Shown here: piece by piece, positions 11,061 through 21,696 of the stretch
Layout: each line of letters starts with the position of its first letter
Position numbering within the stretch: the stretch's first letter is position 1
NCBI GenBank assembly: GCA_963827365.1
Contig: CAWHAX010000028.1
Location: 6,441-70,440, forward strand
DNA from: an uncultured Alphaproteobacteria bacterium
Lineage (GTDB): Bacteria; Pseudomonadota; Alphaproteobacteria; Rhizobiales; Methyloligellaceae
Length of the DNA stretch: 64,000 nucleotides
Reading direction: 5' to 3'
Made by a program: the position numbers and the translations under genes
Notes under the pieces: generated by a model
The model's database searches: none
What the model saw: the letters and a program-made list of their open reading frames with translations, nothing else
What the model was told of the DNA's origin: nothing

Positions 11061-11161
11061 GCGACGGTCTCCATCTCCTTCAAGGCTTCGCGCCCCAGTC
11101 GCTCCATAATGGCAGCAAAGCGCGGGCGCTCGCAAGGCTCCGAGCTATGCGGGCGAAGGCG

Positions 11162-12304
11162 CTATATCGCGCCGTTCGTGCCGTTATTGTTACCGGCCTC
11201 GAACACCAGCACGCCGCCGGCCTCCACACGCACACCGATCTCGCTGCCCACCGGGGGTGCGTCGGTTTCCCGCACGCGGGCGAACAGCGGCTCCTCGAGG
11301 CCCTGCACGGCAACTTCCACCATCGCCACATCGCCGAGAAAGCGTTGGTCGATCACCCGCGCCGGAATGCCCTCGCCTGCGGGACGGAGCCGCACGCCCG
11401 AATGCCGCACGCAGGCAATGGCCTCCCTGCCCTCGGCGACGCCTTGTGCCGGGAAGTCGCCAAGCACCGTCTTGGCCATGCCACTCTCGACACGGGCCGG
11501 CACTTCGTTCAGGTCGGAGAAGGTGCGCGCGGCGAGGATGTCCTTAGGCGCGCGGTAGAGGTCGAGGGCGCTGCCCGACTGCACCACGCGGCCCTTGCGC
11601 AACAGCACGACATTGTCGCCCATGCGCATGGCCTCCTCGGCGTCGTGGGTGACGACGATGCAGGTCGCGCGCGTCTCATGCAGGATGGCGAGCGTATCCT
11701 CGCGCATGCGCTCCCGCAGGCGCGGATCGAGGCCGGAGAACGGCTCGTCCATGAGGAGCACACTCGGACGCGGCGCGATGGCGCGGGCGAGCGCAACGCG
11801 CTGCTGCTCTCCGCCGGAGAGGATGTGCGGGTATTCGTTGGCGTAATGGTCGAGCCCGACGCGGGCGAGTGCGGCAAGCGCCTCTGCCTTCGCCTCGGCT
11901 CGGTTCATCCATCGCAGCCCGAAGGCGACATTTTGCAGGATGGAGAGATGGGGGAAGAGCGCGAAGTCCTGAAACATCAGGCCGACGCCGCGCTTCTCCG
12001 GCGGAACAAAATTGTCCGGCCCAGCCACCTCCTGGCCGTCGAGCAGCACGCGACCAGAGGTTGGGCGCTCGACGCCGGCAGCGATCCTGAGGAGCGTGGT
12101 CTTGCCGCAGCCGGAAGGGCCAAGCAGGCAGAGGACTTTCCCCGGCGGCACATCGAGCGAGACGTGATCGAGCGCAAGGCTCTCGCCATAGCGCTTGGAC
12201 ACATCAGAGAAAACAAGCTCTGCGGCGAAGGCGACGCGCGCCCTGCCCCGTTCATGGCCCGGGTGTGAGCGCCGTTCGTTTCTGTTGGAGAGGAAACCAA
12301 ACAC
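11162..12304 (-). CDS. ABC transporter ATP-binding protein (FbpC/PotA-like, TOBE domain)
   Basis: GPSGCGKTT, LSGGEQQRVALAR, LLMDEPFSGLD, VTHD. Confidence 0.92.
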   Translation of the reverse strand: MFGFLSNRNERRSHPGHERGRARVAFAAELVFSDVSKRYGESLALDHVSLDVPPGKVLCLLGPSGCGKTTLLRIAAGVERPTSGRVLLDGQEVAGPDNFVPPEKRGVGLMFQDFALFPHLSILQNVAFGLRWMNRAEAKAEALAALARVGLDHYANEYPHILSGGEQQRVALARAIAPRPSVLLMDEPFSGLDPRLRERMREDTLAILHETRATCIVVTHDAEEAMRMGDNVVLLRKGRVVQSGSALDLYRAPKDILAARTFSDLNEVPARVESGMAKTVLGDFPAQGVAEGREAIACVRHSGVRLRPAGEGIPARVIDQRFLGDVAMVEVAVQGLEEPLFARVRETDAPPVGSEIGVRVEAGGVLVFEAGNNNGTNGAI

Positions 12305-12360
12305 CGGGGCTGTCTACGCTGTTTGGCGACCCGTAGGCAACTGCCGGCTTGCCTCAGCCT

Positions 12361-13119
12361 TTACTCGGAGGGCTCCCCCTCCTCGTCCTCCATCGGAGGC
12401 TCGTCCTCGAGCGGATCCTCGTCCTCGCGCAATGCCGCCGCGTTGTCAGGATTGGGCATGGCAAATCCAGGAGGCAGATTGGAGTCGAGCAGCCCAGCCC
12501 CCTTCAGCTCGGAGAGGCCAGGAAGGTCCTGGATCGAGTCGAAGCCGAAATGGCCAAGGAACTGCTCGGTCGTGCCGTAGGTCACCGGGCGGCCAGGCGC
12601 GCGCCTGCGGCCCCGGAGCTTGATCCAGCCGGTCTCGAGCAGCACGTCGAGCGTGCCTTTGGAGGTGCTCACGCCCCTGATCTCCTCGATCTCGGCGCGG
12701 GTGACGGGCTGGTGGTAGGCGATGATGGCGAGCGTCTCGAGCGCCGCGCGCGACAGTCGGCGCTGCTCGACCGCCTCGCGCTCGAGCAGGAAGGCAAGGT
12801 CCTCGGCGGTGCGGAAGGCCCATTTGCCGGCGACGCGCACAAGATTGACGCCGCGGGTGGCATAGGTGCTTTGCAGCTCTGCGAGCAACGTCGCGATGTC
12901 TTCGCCTTCGGCGAAATGCTCGGCAAGCTCGGCCTGATCGAGGGGCTCGGGCGCCGCGAACAGCAACGCCTCAAGGATGCGCAGCTTCTCCTGCCGGTCG
13001 GCTGACGGGCGTGCCATCATGGTCTTCGAGGGAAAGGGCAACAGCAGAGAACCGCGGCGCTCGCGCTTCTCCTCCACGGCCTCCAGCGGCATCACCCTCT
13101 CTAGATTATTGGCAGTCAT
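12361..13119 (-). CDS. scpB: SMC-Scp complex subunit ScpB
   Basis: EALLFA, LSRAALETLAIIAYHQPVTRAEIEEIRGV, GRPVTYGTT. Confidence 0.96.
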   Translation of the reverse strand: MTANNLERVMPLEAVEEKRERRGSLLLPFPSKTMMARPSADRQEKLRILEALLFAAPEPLDQAELAEHFAEGEDIATLLAELQSTYATRGVNLVRVAGKWAFRTAEDLAFLLEREAVEQRRLSRAALETLAIIAYHQPVTRAEIEEIRGVSTSKGTLDVLLETGWIKLRGRRRAPGRPVTYGTTEQFLGHFGFDSIQDLPGLSELKGAGLLDSNLPPGFAMPNPDNAAALREDEDPLEDEPPMEDEEGEPSE

Positions 13120-13141
13120 TCATTGACCTCTTTTGTTGTCG

Positions 13142-13984
13142 TCAGCCCGTTGAAGCGGCCTCGGCCCCGCGGCGGCGGACGAGTAGCGGCGCGAATAGCC
13201 TCGCCTGCCTGATCTCGAGCGCACCTTCGCGGGTCATTTCCAAAGTTGCGGTGAAGCCGCTCGCCAATGCCGTCTTGCGCAGTTCCGGTCCAACAAGGAA
13301 TTCGGCAAGAAGCTGATCGAGCGGCGCCCAGTCGCAGGTCATGCCGAGCAGGCGCTCAAGCTCCTCCCGCGCCTCTTTCAGCGACCACACGGTGCGCTGG
13401 CGAACCTGCCAGGTGCGCACCGCGGTGCGCTGCCGCTGTTGAGCATAGGCCTTGAGCAGATCGTAGAGATCGGCCTGATAGGTGCTCTTGCGCGAGATGC
13501 GAAGCGGCTCCGGCATCCCCCGCGCAAAGACATCGCGGCCGAGGCGCTTGCGGGTCATCAACTGCGCCGCGGCCTCGCGCATAGCGTCGAGGCGCTTCAG
13601 CCGGAAGGCAAGAAGCTGGGCGAGCTCTTCGCCGGTCGGCTCGCCGTCGGCGTCCTGCTCGGCGGGCAGGAGCAGCTTCGATTTGAGAAAGGCGAGCCAC
13701 GCCGCCATGACGAGATAATCGGCGGCGATCTCTAGGCGCAGGCGGCGCGCCTCATTGATGAAGTCGAGATATTGCTGTGCCAGCGCCAAGACCGAGATCC
13801 TGGCGAGGTCGACCTTCTGCGTGCGGGCAAGCGCGAGTAGAAGATCGAGCGGTCCCTCGAAGCCCTCGACGTCCACGACGAGAGTCTCGCCGGCGCTCGG
13901 CGCCTGGCCGTCGTTTTGCTCCCAGTCAGAGACGTCATCGCGCTCTTCCGGCGCGTCGTCGTCGGAGTTTTCAGTCGCGTTCAT
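13142..13984 (-). CDS. scpA: Segregation and condensation protein ScpA
   Basis: FEGPLDLLL, AADYLVMAAWLAFLKSKLLLP. Confidence 0.96.
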   Translation of the reverse strand: MNATENSDDDAPEERDDVSDWEQNDGQAPSAGETLVVDVEGFEGPLDLLLALARTQKVDLARISVLALAQQYLDFINEARRLRLEIAADYLVMAAWLAFLKSKLLLPAEQDADGEPTGEELAQLLAFRLKRLDAMREAAAQLMTRKRLGRDVFARGMPEPLRISRKSTYQADLYDLLKAYAQQRQRTAVRTWQVRQRTVWSLKEAREELERLLGMTCDWAPLDQLLAEFLVGPELRKTALASGFTATLEMTREGALEIRQARLFAPLLVRRRGAEAASTG

Positions 13985-14006
13985 GTTTCCCCGCCGCTAT
14001 TCCAAC

Positions 14007-15035
14007 TCACGCGACGCTTCCGCTCCTGCCCGCGGCTTCGCTCACGAGGCTAAGCGCCTGATCGGCATCGAAGGCTTGCGGCTCGCCAAGCTCGGCGATG
14101 GCGCTGGCAAACCGCTCGGCGCTCATCCCGTCAAGCGGCGGCACGACCCGAGCGACCTCACGCATCTCGTCGAACTTGCCGCTACAGTGAAGTGCGACGT
14201 CGCAGCCGGCGGCAATCACCGCCGCGGCCCGCTCGGCCATCGGTCCACCAAGGGCCTCCATGCCGATATCGTCGCTCATCACCAAGCCCGTCAGTCCGAT
14301 CAGCTCACGAATCACTTCACTCATTATAACGGGCGAGACGCTTGCCGGTCGCTCCTCATCGAAGGCCGGCAAAAGAACATGGGCAGTCATGGCGAGCGGC
14401 GCGTGGCGGAGCGCCATGAAGGGCCGGAAATCGACCGCGATCAGCTCCTCGGGCGAGGCATGGATCTCGGGCAGCGCCAGGTGGCTATCGGCCCGCGCCC
14501 GCCCGTGGCCCGGCACGTGCTTGATCACCGGCAGCACGCCGCCAGCAAGCGTGCCCTCGACCACGGCGCGGCCGAGGTCGCTCACAATGTCGGGGTCGAA
14601 GCTGAAGGCGCGGTCGCCGATGATATCGTGCGCGCCGGCCTCAGGCACGTCGAGCACTGGCGTGCAGTTGACGGTAATGCCGGCGTTGCGAAGCTCATCG
14701 GCAATCAGCCGGGCGCTGGCAAAGGCAGCTGCCCGCGCAGCCTCCGGATCGAACACATAGAGATCGCCATAGATCCTTGCCGGCGGCATCTGGCGCCATC
14801 GCGGCGGCTTTAGCCGCTGCACGCGCCCGCCCTCCTGGTCGATGAGCACAAGCGCCTCGTCGCTTTCAACCGAGTCGCGGTAGTCGGCAGCGACCTTGCG
14901 AAGCTGCGGGATGGACTCGCAATTGCGGGCAAAGAGGATCAGCCCGCAAGGGCGAGTCTCGGCAAAGAAGGCGCGCTCTTGGTCGCTGAGCGACGTACCA
15001 GCGAAGCCGGAGATGAAGGCGTTGAAGTTCACCAC
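14007..15035 (-). CDS. nagZ: Beta-N-acetylhexosaminidase (GH3)
   Basis: IDQEGGRVQR, KHVPGHG, DSH, MTAH, SDDIGM. Confidence 0.95.
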   Translation of the reverse strand: MVNFNAFISGFAGTSLSDQERAFFAETRPCGLILFARNCESIPQLRKVAADYRDSVESDEALVLIDQEGGRVQRLKPPRWRQMPPARIYGDLYVFDPEAARAAAFASARLIADELRNAGITVNCTPVLDVPEAGAHDIIGDRAFSFDPDIVSDLGRAVVEGTLAGGVLPVIKHVPGHGRARADSHLALPEIHASPEELIAVDFRPFMALRHAPLAMTAHVLLPAFDEERPASVSPVIMSEVIRELIGLTGLVMSDDIGMEALGGPMAERAAAVIAAGCDVALHCSGKFDEMREVARVVPPLDGMSAERFASAIAELGEPQAFDADQALSLVSEAAGRSGSVA

Positions 15036-15080
15036 GCCGGGCTAACTGCCGATCGGCCCGCGGTCAAGCGGCGCCGGCGC

Positions 15081-17303
15081 CTATTGCGCGGCCATCACCA
15101 GGCAATCGGGGTGACCTTGCGACTTGAGCTGGCCGCAGAGCTTGGTAGCGGCCGTCTTGTCGACGATCGGTCCGATGCGCAAGCGATACCAGACGCCCTT
15201 CGAGCCAAGGTCGGCCTTCTGCACCATGGGCCGGTAGCTTGCGAGCAGCGTCGGGTATTTCTGCTGCATGTCGGCGAAGGTGGCGAGCGCCTCGGTCTGA
15301 TTCTGCTTCGAACCCACCTGCACCACGAATTTGGTCGGCTTCGCCGGTGCCGGCGCCGCTTCCGCGGCTGCCACTTTCGGCTGCGGAGGAATTGCCGCCA
15401 CGGGTTGCGGATCGGCGGCGACGGGAGCGGGCGCTGCAGCAGGGGCCGGAGCGGCCTTGGCAACTGGCGCCGGAGCTGGCGCTGCTGCAGGCGCAGGAAT
15501 GGGCGCTGCCTGCGGCATTGGCGGGGCTGGCATCGGAGGTTCGGCGAAGGCTACCTGCTGGGGCGCCGCCGGCGGGGCTCCCGCTGCTGCGGCCTGATGT
15601 GGCGCCGGTGCCGGCGGGGGAGCCGCGGCCTCCGCCATGGTGCCGTCAGGGCGTACGACCAGGGTCTTCACCCGGCGCGGGCCGCCATCTGGATCGTCGA
15701 CCGAAGCCACGGCGGGCGGCGGCATCGGCGCAGCACCAGCGGGAGCAGGAACTGTGCCGCCGGGCATCGCCGGCATGGCAAGCTCTTCCTGCCGCGGCAC
15801 GATGCGCTCGGCCTCAGGCTGATCACCATTCTGAAGGCGTTCGTATATCAGCTTGTTCTTATGGGGGAATTCCTTGCCTCCAGCCTGTTGTGGCGCCTCT
15901 TTCACGGGGCGGCTGTCGGCCTGGACGACGGGCGTCTGACCTCCACCCATGGCGCCGCCGCTCTGCTTATAGGCAAAGGCGAGAGCACCGCCCAGCGCAA
16001 TGGCACCGAGCAAGGCGCTGCCGACCATGTAGATGCTGCGGCTCCTCAAGTTGAACTTTCGCGCTGGCTTAGCCTCGGCCTCGCCAGGAGTCATGAACTG
16101 GCTTTCATCGAGGAAGTCGGCGTCGCCCTGGTCGCTCTCATAGAAGTCCTGAGGCGCATTCTGCGGCGGCATCTGGTTAGGATATTGCGTGCGGCCTAGC
16201 GCGATCTGCGGCGGCTGATCGTATACGGCATCGAAGGCTTGCAGGGCCTGATGCGACGGCAGAGGACGCGGGCCGCCCGACGGCGTGGTATGCGCGGCCG
16301 GCGAGAGATAATCGTGCCCGGCCTGATAATCGTGTCCTGATTGATCGGCGAACGACTCCGGATCGGATTCGGTGCCGTAGGGAGCGGCCGCATCGTCACG
16401 ATGCAGGGAGTCATGCACGCCAAAGGCGTCGTGATGAGCGGGCGCTTGAGCGTTATTCTGCTCGGCCTTCTCCTCGGGGAAACTTGCGTCCGGAAAAGAG
16501 GCGTCGGGGAAGCTCGCATCTTGGAAGGATGCGTCGCCATAGCTCGCGTTCGCATAATTCGTGTCGTCGTATCGCTGCTCGGCATGACCAGCGTGCTGCG
16601 TGGCTTCGGCCGGGAAGATCCGGTCCGGGAAGCCGGCATCCTGGAAGGAGTGCGAGGGCTCGGGCTGGTACGACGGCTGGGCCGGAATTGGGTTCGGCTG
16701 GGCTTGAGGCTGCGGCTGGTAGCTCTGGCCGGGCGGCTGCGGCTGGTAGCTGCCCGGGTAGGACTGTTGGGGCTGCGGCTGACTCTGCTGCGGCTTGTAA
16801 TTCTGCTGCGGCTGGGGCTGATAGGTCTGCGGCTGGGATTGATAGGTCTGCTGGGGCGGGAAGGGATTCGGGAAATCCGGCGTGGTGTAGCTTCGCGGCT
16901 GAGCGCTCGGGGTTTGGTAGGATGAAGCGCCATTATGGTTCGCATAGCCCGATACCCCGGGCTCTACGCCCTGCCTTGCATAGGCTCCAAAGTCAGGTTG
17001 GGCCGGCTCCGGCGCCTGAGGCTGCGGCTCCGATCCTCTCGTGACCGGCTTGTAGGCGGGCATCTGCGCAAAAACCGGCCCACGGCCGGTTCCGAAAATC
17101 GAGCGCTGTCCCGGAATTGGTTGGCCCGGTCGGTCTGGTCCCGAAGTCATAAGGGAATCCTCGCTCCTATGAGCTGCGTGTGCGTCGCTGGCCCAGGACT
17201 TATCGCCCTCGGCGTCGACGCTCCTAAAACGGTTGGCGAAATCGGACTCAAACTCAAGGGTGGGACGGACGTTGTCCCCGTACCCCTCATCGTGCACGGA
17301 CAT
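15081..17303 (-). CDS. SPOR-domain membrane protein (FtsN-like position) with long low-complexity N-terminus
   Basis: One TM helix; C-terminal SPOR (FVVQVGS...GVWYRLRIGP...C...L...C); lies between argS and nagZ. Confidence 0.88.
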   Translation of the reverse strand: MSVHDEGYGDNVRPTLEFESDFANRFRSVDAEGDKSWASDAHAAHRSEDSLMTSGPDRPGQPIPGQRSIFGTGRGPVFAQMPAYKPVTRGSEPQPQAPEPAQPDFGAYARQGVEPGVSGYANHNGASSYQTPSAQPRSYTTPDFPNPFPPQQTYQSQPQTYQPQPQQNYKPQQSQPQPQQSYPGSYQPQPPGQSYQPQPQAQPNPIPAQPSYQPEPSHSFQDAGFPDRIFPAEATQHAGHAEQRYDDTNYANASYGDASFQDASFPDASFPDASFPEEKAEQNNAQAPAHHDAFGVHDSLHRDDAAAPYGTESDPESFADQSGHDYQAGHDYLSPAAHTTPSGGPRPLPSHQALQAFDAVYDQPPQIALGRTQYPNQMPPQNAPQDFYESDQGDADFLDESQFMTPGEAEAKPARKFNLRSRSIYMVGSALLGAIALGGALAFAYKQSGGAMGGGQTPVVQADSRPVKEAPQQAGGKEFPHKNKLIYERLQNGDQPEAERIVPRQEELAMPAMPGGTVPAPAGAAPMPPPAVASVDDPDGGPRRVKTLVVRPDGTMAEAAAPPPAPAPHQAAAAGAPPAAPQQVAFAEPPMPAPPMPQAAPIPAPAAAPAPAPVAKAAPAPAAAPAPVAADPQPVAAIPPQPKVAAAEAAPAPAKPTKFVVQVGSKQNQTEALATFADMQQKYPTLLASYRPMVQKADLGSKGVWYRLRIGPIVDKTAATKLCGQLKSQGHPDCLVMAAQ

Positions 17304-17342
17304 GGTACTTCCCCCGAACCATCTCCCCCGCCCCGTTTTCCC

Positions 17343-19103
17343 TCAATGCATCTCGTGCATTGCCGTGACGCCGAGAATGCCCAAACCCGACGCCAATACT
17401 TGCTTGGTGGCAGCAACGAGCGCCACGCGAGCGCGTGTAAACTCTCGATCCGTTTCGTAAATAAATCGTAATTGTGGCGAGTTTTTGCCTCGGTTCCAAA
17501 GGCCATGAAACTCCCCAGCAATATCATAGAGATAAAACGCGATGCGGTGCGGCTCATGGGTTTTTGCCGCCGATTCGACCAGGCCGGGGAACTGGGCGAT
17601 CTTGCGGATCAACGCCAGTTCGGCAGGATCGGTCAGCCGGTCCAAGTCGCTCTGCGCCAAGGCACCACCCCCAAGATCTAGGTCGGGGAAGACGTCCCTC
17701 ACGTTACGCAGTACCGAACTCGCCCTTGCATGGGCGTACTGAACGTAGAACACCGGATTGTCGCGCGACTGCTCGGTGACCTTGACGAAATCGAAGTCGA
17801 GCGGCGCGTCATTCTTCCGGAAAAGCATCATGAAGCGAACCGGGCCTGGGCCCACTTCGTCCACGACGTCCCGGAGCGTAACGAACGTCCCGGCACGCTT
17901 GGACATCTTGACAGGCTCACCGCCGCGAAACAAGCGGACTAGCTGACAGAGCTTGATGTCGAGATCGGCCTTGCCGCCGGTGAGCGCCGCAAGCGCCGCC
18001 TTCATGCGTTTCACATGGCCGCTATGGTCCGCGCCCCACACGTCGATCATGGTGGCGAAGCCGCGCCGGAACTTGTCGCGGTGATACGCTACGTCAGAAG
18101 CGAAATAGGTGTAGCCGCCGTCGGACTTGACCAGGGGCCGGTCCATGTCGTCGCCGAATTCGGTGGATCGGAACAGGAGCTGCTTGCGGTCCTCCCACTC
18201 TTCATCGACCTTGCCCTTCGGCGGCGGCAGGCGGCCTTGGTAGACGAGGCCCTTGGATTTGAGATCTGCGATGGTCTCGGCGACCTGATCGTGCGGGCCG
18301 TCGATCAGCGAGCGCTCGGAGAAGAACACGTCGTGGCGGATGCCGAGCTCGGCGAGGTCGCCCTCGATCATGGCGAGCATCGCCCGCAAGGATGCGTCGC
18401 GCACGATGGGCAGCCACTCGCTTTCCGGCAGCGCAAGGAGCTCGCGGCCATGCTGCTCGACGAGCAGCTTGCCGACGGGTTTCAAATAGTCGCCCGGATA
18501 GAGGCCTTCGGGGAGCTCGCCGATGTCCTCACCGAGCGCTTCGCGATAGCGGAGATAGGCTGAGCGGGCGAGCGCATCGACCTGCGATCCTGCGTCATTC
18601 AGATAATATTCGCGCGTGACGTCGAAGCCGGTGAAGGCGAGCAGGCTCGCGAGCGCATCGCCGAACACAGCGCCGCGGCAATGACCGACATGCATCGGGC
18701 CAGTCGGATTGGCCGAGACATATTCGACGTTGACCACTTGGCTCTTGTCGATGGCGCTCTTGCCGTAGCCATCGCCCTGCTCCAGCACCATGCGGAGCAC
18801 TGTCGGCCAGAAGCGCAAGCTAAGCGTGAGATTGATGAAGCCAGGGCCGGCGATCTCGACCTTGTCGATGTAGGGATCGGAGGAGAGCAGCGGCACGATG
18901 CGCTCGGCAAGTGCGCGTGGCGGAAGTCCCGCGGGCTTGGCCAATACCATGGCGGCGTTGGTGGCGAGGTCGCCATGCGCGGAATCCTTCGGAGGCTCGA
19001 GCGCAATGGCCTCGACGCTGGCCTCGTGCGGTACGACGCCGTCATGCTTGAGCTGCTGAACGGCGGCCAAGACCCGGCCGTGAAATCCTGCAAAAACGTC
19101 CAT
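17343..19103 (-). CDS. argS: Arginine--tRNA ligase
   Basis: [35 protein letters not shown]. Confidence 0.98.
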   Translation of the reverse strand: MDVFAGFHGRVLAAVQQLKHDGVVPHEASVEAIALEPPKDSAHGDLATNAAMVLAKPAGLPPRALAERIVPLLSSDPYIDKVEIAGPGFINLTLSLRFWPTVLRMVLEQGDGYGKSAIDKSQVVNVEYVSANPTGPMHVGHCRGAVFGDALASLLAFTGFDVTREYYLNDAGSQVDALARSAYLRYREALGEDIGELPEGLYPGDYLKPVGKLLVEQHGRELLALPESEWLPIVRDASLRAMLAMIEGDLAELGIRHDVFFSERSLIDGPHDQVAETIADLKSKGLVYQGRLPPPKGKVDEEWEDRKQLLFRSTEFGDDMDRPLVKSDGGYTYFASDVAYHRDKFRRGFATMIDVWGADHSGHVKRMKAALAALTGGKADLDIKLCQLVRLFRGGEPVKMSKRAGTFVTLRDVVDEVGPGPVRFMMLFRKNDAPLDFDFVKVTEQSRDNPVFYVQYAHARASSVLRNVRDVFPDLDLGGGALAQSDLDRLTDPAELALIRKIAQFPGLVESAAKTHEPHRIAFYLYDIAGEFHGLWNRGKNSPQLRFIYETDREFTRARVALVAATKQVLASGLGILGVTAMHEMH

Positions 19104-19130
19104 GATTTCTCCAGGAACAGTGTGGCGCGA

Positions 19131-20321
19131 CTAACGCAATTCGGGAGTGGCGTCAAACAGCCGCCGGTGCTCTGCGAGCGCGTAGCGGTCGGTCATGCCG
19201 GCGATGAAATCGCACACATAGCGGACATAGTGCTGCGTCGGCGCCTGCTCCCCCCATTCCGGCGGCAGCGCCTGAAGGTCGTCGCGATAGCGTCCAAAGA
19301 GATCGGTGACGATGCGCTCGGCGCCGTCCATGACGCGCTCGACCCGGGGGTGGCGGTAGACGCGGGCAGCGAGAAACGCTCGCAAGGCATCGAGGTCTTT
19401 GGTCATGGATGCGGAGAAGGCGACGACCGGGTGACCGGAGTGACGCACATCGTCGGCGCTGATCGGCGACAGCCGCTCCAGCCGCCGGCGCGTCTCGGCG
19501 ACGGCGTCATCGATCAGCGCGGTGATGAGCCGCCGCGTCGTCTCGTAGAGCGCGCGGGTTCCTTCAAGGCCTGGATAGGCTGCGCGCACCTCTCCAAGCG
19601 CGCGGCCGGCAAGCGGCACTTCGGCAAGCTCGGCGAAGGTAAACAGGCCGGCGCGATAGCCGTCATCGACGTCATGATTGTTGTAGGCGATGTCGTCGGC
19701 GAGCGCCGCAAGCTGCGCCTCGACCGAAGCGTAAGTGTCGAGCGCCAGATCCTGCCGCACGCAATAATCGACGATCGGTTGCGGGATGGGGCGGTTCCCC
19801 TCGCGCAAGAGCAGCGGACCGTTGTGCTTGACCAGGCCCTCGAGCAACTCCCAGGCGAGGTTGAGCCCATCGAAGCGGGCATATTTCCGCTCAAGCTCGG
19901 TGACCACGCGCAAGGATTGGGCGTTGTGGTCGAAACCGCCCTCCTCCGCCGTGGCGCGGTTGAGCGCCCTCTCTCCGGCATGGCCGAAAGGCGGATGGCC
20001 GAGGTCGTGGGCAAGGGCAAGCGCATCGGTCAAATCTTCATCGACATGGAGGGTGCGCGCCATGGAGCGTGCGACCTGCGCCACTTCGAGACTATGGGTG
20101 AGCCTCGTCCGGTAGTGATCGCCCTCGTGATAGATAAAGACCTGGGTCTTGTGGGTTAGCCTGCGGAAGGCGGTCGAATGCAGGATGCGGTCGCGGTCGC
20201 GGGCATAGAGCGTCCGCGTCGGGCTGGGCGGTTCCGGCACGAGGCGGCCCCGGCTTTGGCGCTCATCCGTGGCATAAGGCGCCAAATGCCTGTCGGCTTT
20301 GCGGCTACGGTCGATTGACAA
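19131..20321 (-). CDS. dgt: dGTP triphosphohydrolase
   Basis: [40 protein letters not shown]. Confidence 0.95.
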   Translation of the reverse strand: MSIDRSRKADRHLAPYATDERQSRGRLVPEPPSPTRTLYARDRDRILHSTAFRRLTHKTQVFIYHEGDHYRTRLTHSLEVAQVARSMARTLHVDEDLTDALALAHDLGHPPFGHAGERALNRATAEEGGFDHNAQSLRVVTELERKYARFDGLNLAWELLEGLVKHNGPLLLREGNRPIPQPIVDYCVRQDLALDTYASVEAQLAALADDIAYNNHDVDDGYRAGLFTFAELAEVPLAGRALGEVRAAYPGLEGTRALYETTRRLITALIDDAVAETRRRLERLSPISADDVRHSGHPVVAFSASMTKDLDALRAFLAARVYRHPRVERVMDGAERIVTDLFGRYRDDLQALPPEWGEQAPTQHYVRYVCDFIAGMTDRYALAEHRRLFDATPELR

Positions 20322-20409
20322 GCCCTGCCGCCACCCTATGTTTCTCTATACCGTGCGCGAAAGCGGGCCCATGGCGAGCCGGCCGGCACGGAGGCTAGCT
20401 ATACCCAAG

Positions 20410-20739
20410 ATGAGCGAACCGTCCATTACCTTGAGCGAACGCGCCGCGAAGCGCATCGCCCAGATTCTGCAAGCAGAGCATGCGCCGCTGATGCGCGTCA
20501 GCGTCGAGGGCGGCGGCTGCTCTGGCTTCCAATACCGCTTCGATCTGGTGCAGGACTGGGCACCCGACGATCTCATCATCGAGCGCGACGGCGCGCGCGT
20601 GGTTGTCGACCCGATCTCGCTTGGCTTCGTGCGCGGCTCCGAGATCGATTTCGTCGACGAGCTGATCGGGGCTCAGTTCAAGATCAACAACCCGAATGTC
20701 AGCGCCTCTTGCGGCTGCGGCACCAGCTTCTCGATCTAG
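20410..20739 (+). CDS. erpA: Fe-S cluster insertion protein ErpA/IscA
   Basis: GGGCSGFQY, NPN, SCGCGTSF. Confidence 0.92.
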   Translation: MSEPSITLSERAAKRIAQILQAEHAPLMRVSVEGGGCSGFQYRFDLVQDWAPDDLIIERDGARVVVDPISLGFVRGSEIDFVDELIGAQFKINNPNVSASCGCGTSFSI

Positions 20740-20761
20740 CTGCGGTAGCTATCCCTTCAAT

Positions 20762-20853
20762 CGTCATGGCCGGGCTCGTCCCGGCCAATCACGCGTTTAT
20801 CGCTCGACCGGTCGGAAATTCGTGGATGCCCGGCACAAGGCCAGGCATGACGA
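20762..20853. repeat. REP/RIME-like palindromic element
   Basis: GTCATGGCCGGGCTCGTCCCGGCCA...GGATGCCCGGCACAAGGCCAGGCATGAC inverted ends; intergenic. Confidence 0.8.
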
Positions 20854-20913
20854 CGTGTTTTGGGTTAAATGACCCAACCAGATTGATAGCGTGTTCAGCA
20901 ATTCTCGTACCCC

Positions 20914-21696
20914 ATGAAAATCGCCACCTGGAACGTCAACGGCATCAAGGCGCGGATCGACTCGGCGCGGACCTGGTTCAAGGCTGCCTCCCCCGACATC
21001 GCGCTTCTGCAAGAGACCAAATGCGTCGACGACGCCTTCCCGCGGCTCGAGTTCGAGGAGCTCGGCTACAACATCGCCGTGCATGGGCAGAAGGGCTTCA
21101 ATGGCGTGGCGCTCCTGTCGAAGCTCCCGTTCGATGAGGTTCAGCCGGGGCTCGCCGGCGACCCTGACGATGTGCAGGCGCGCTATCTCGAGGCAGTGGT
21201 GTCGGTTCCATCCGGCGTGTTGAGACTGGTCAATATCTACCTGCCGAACGGCAATCCCTACGGCACCGAGAAATTCGCCTACAAGCTCGCCTGGATGAGC
21301 AGGCTCCGGGAGCGCGTGAAGTCGCTGCTGGAGCTGGAAGAGCCGATGATCGTCGCCGGCGACTTCAACGTCATCCCCTCACCCGAGGATGTCTACGCCC
21401 CGGCAGCCTGGGTCGACGACGCGCTGTTCCGCCCGGAGACGCGGGCGCATTTCCGGGCGCTCACCAATCTCGGCCTGACCGACGCCTATCGCGCCTGTCA
21501 CGATGAGCCACACCACTACACCTTCTGGGATTACCAGGCGGGCGCCTGGCAGAAGAACCATGGGCTTCGCATCGACCACATGCTGCTGTCGCCTCAGGCA
21601 GCGGACCGGCTGGTCAAATGCGAGATCGACCCCGCGCCGCGCGGCTGGGAGAAGCCGTCGGATCACGTGCCGGTGGTGCTTGAGCTCAATGTTTAG
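20914..21696 (+). CDS. xth: Exodeoxyribonuclease III
   Basis: MKIATWNVNG, LQETK, YLPNG, GDFN, RIDH, SDHVP. Confidence 0.96.
   Translation: MKIATWNVNGIKARIDSARTWFKAASPDIALLQETKCVDDAFPRLEFEELGYNIAVHGQKGFNGVALLSKLPFDEVQPGLAGDPDDVQARYLEAVVSVPSGVLRLVNIYLPNGNPYGTEKFAYKLAWMSRLRERVKSLLELEEPMIVAGDFNVIPSPEDVYAPAAWVDDALFRPETRAHFRALTNLGLTDAYRACHDEPHHYTFWDYQAGAWQKNHGLRIDHMLLSPQAADRLVKCEIDPAPRGWEKPSDHVPVVLELNV

Noticed and set aside
11162-12304. ABC ATPase without permease
   Set aside because: This placement between scpB and tatA is ordinary in Rhizobiales as far as I know
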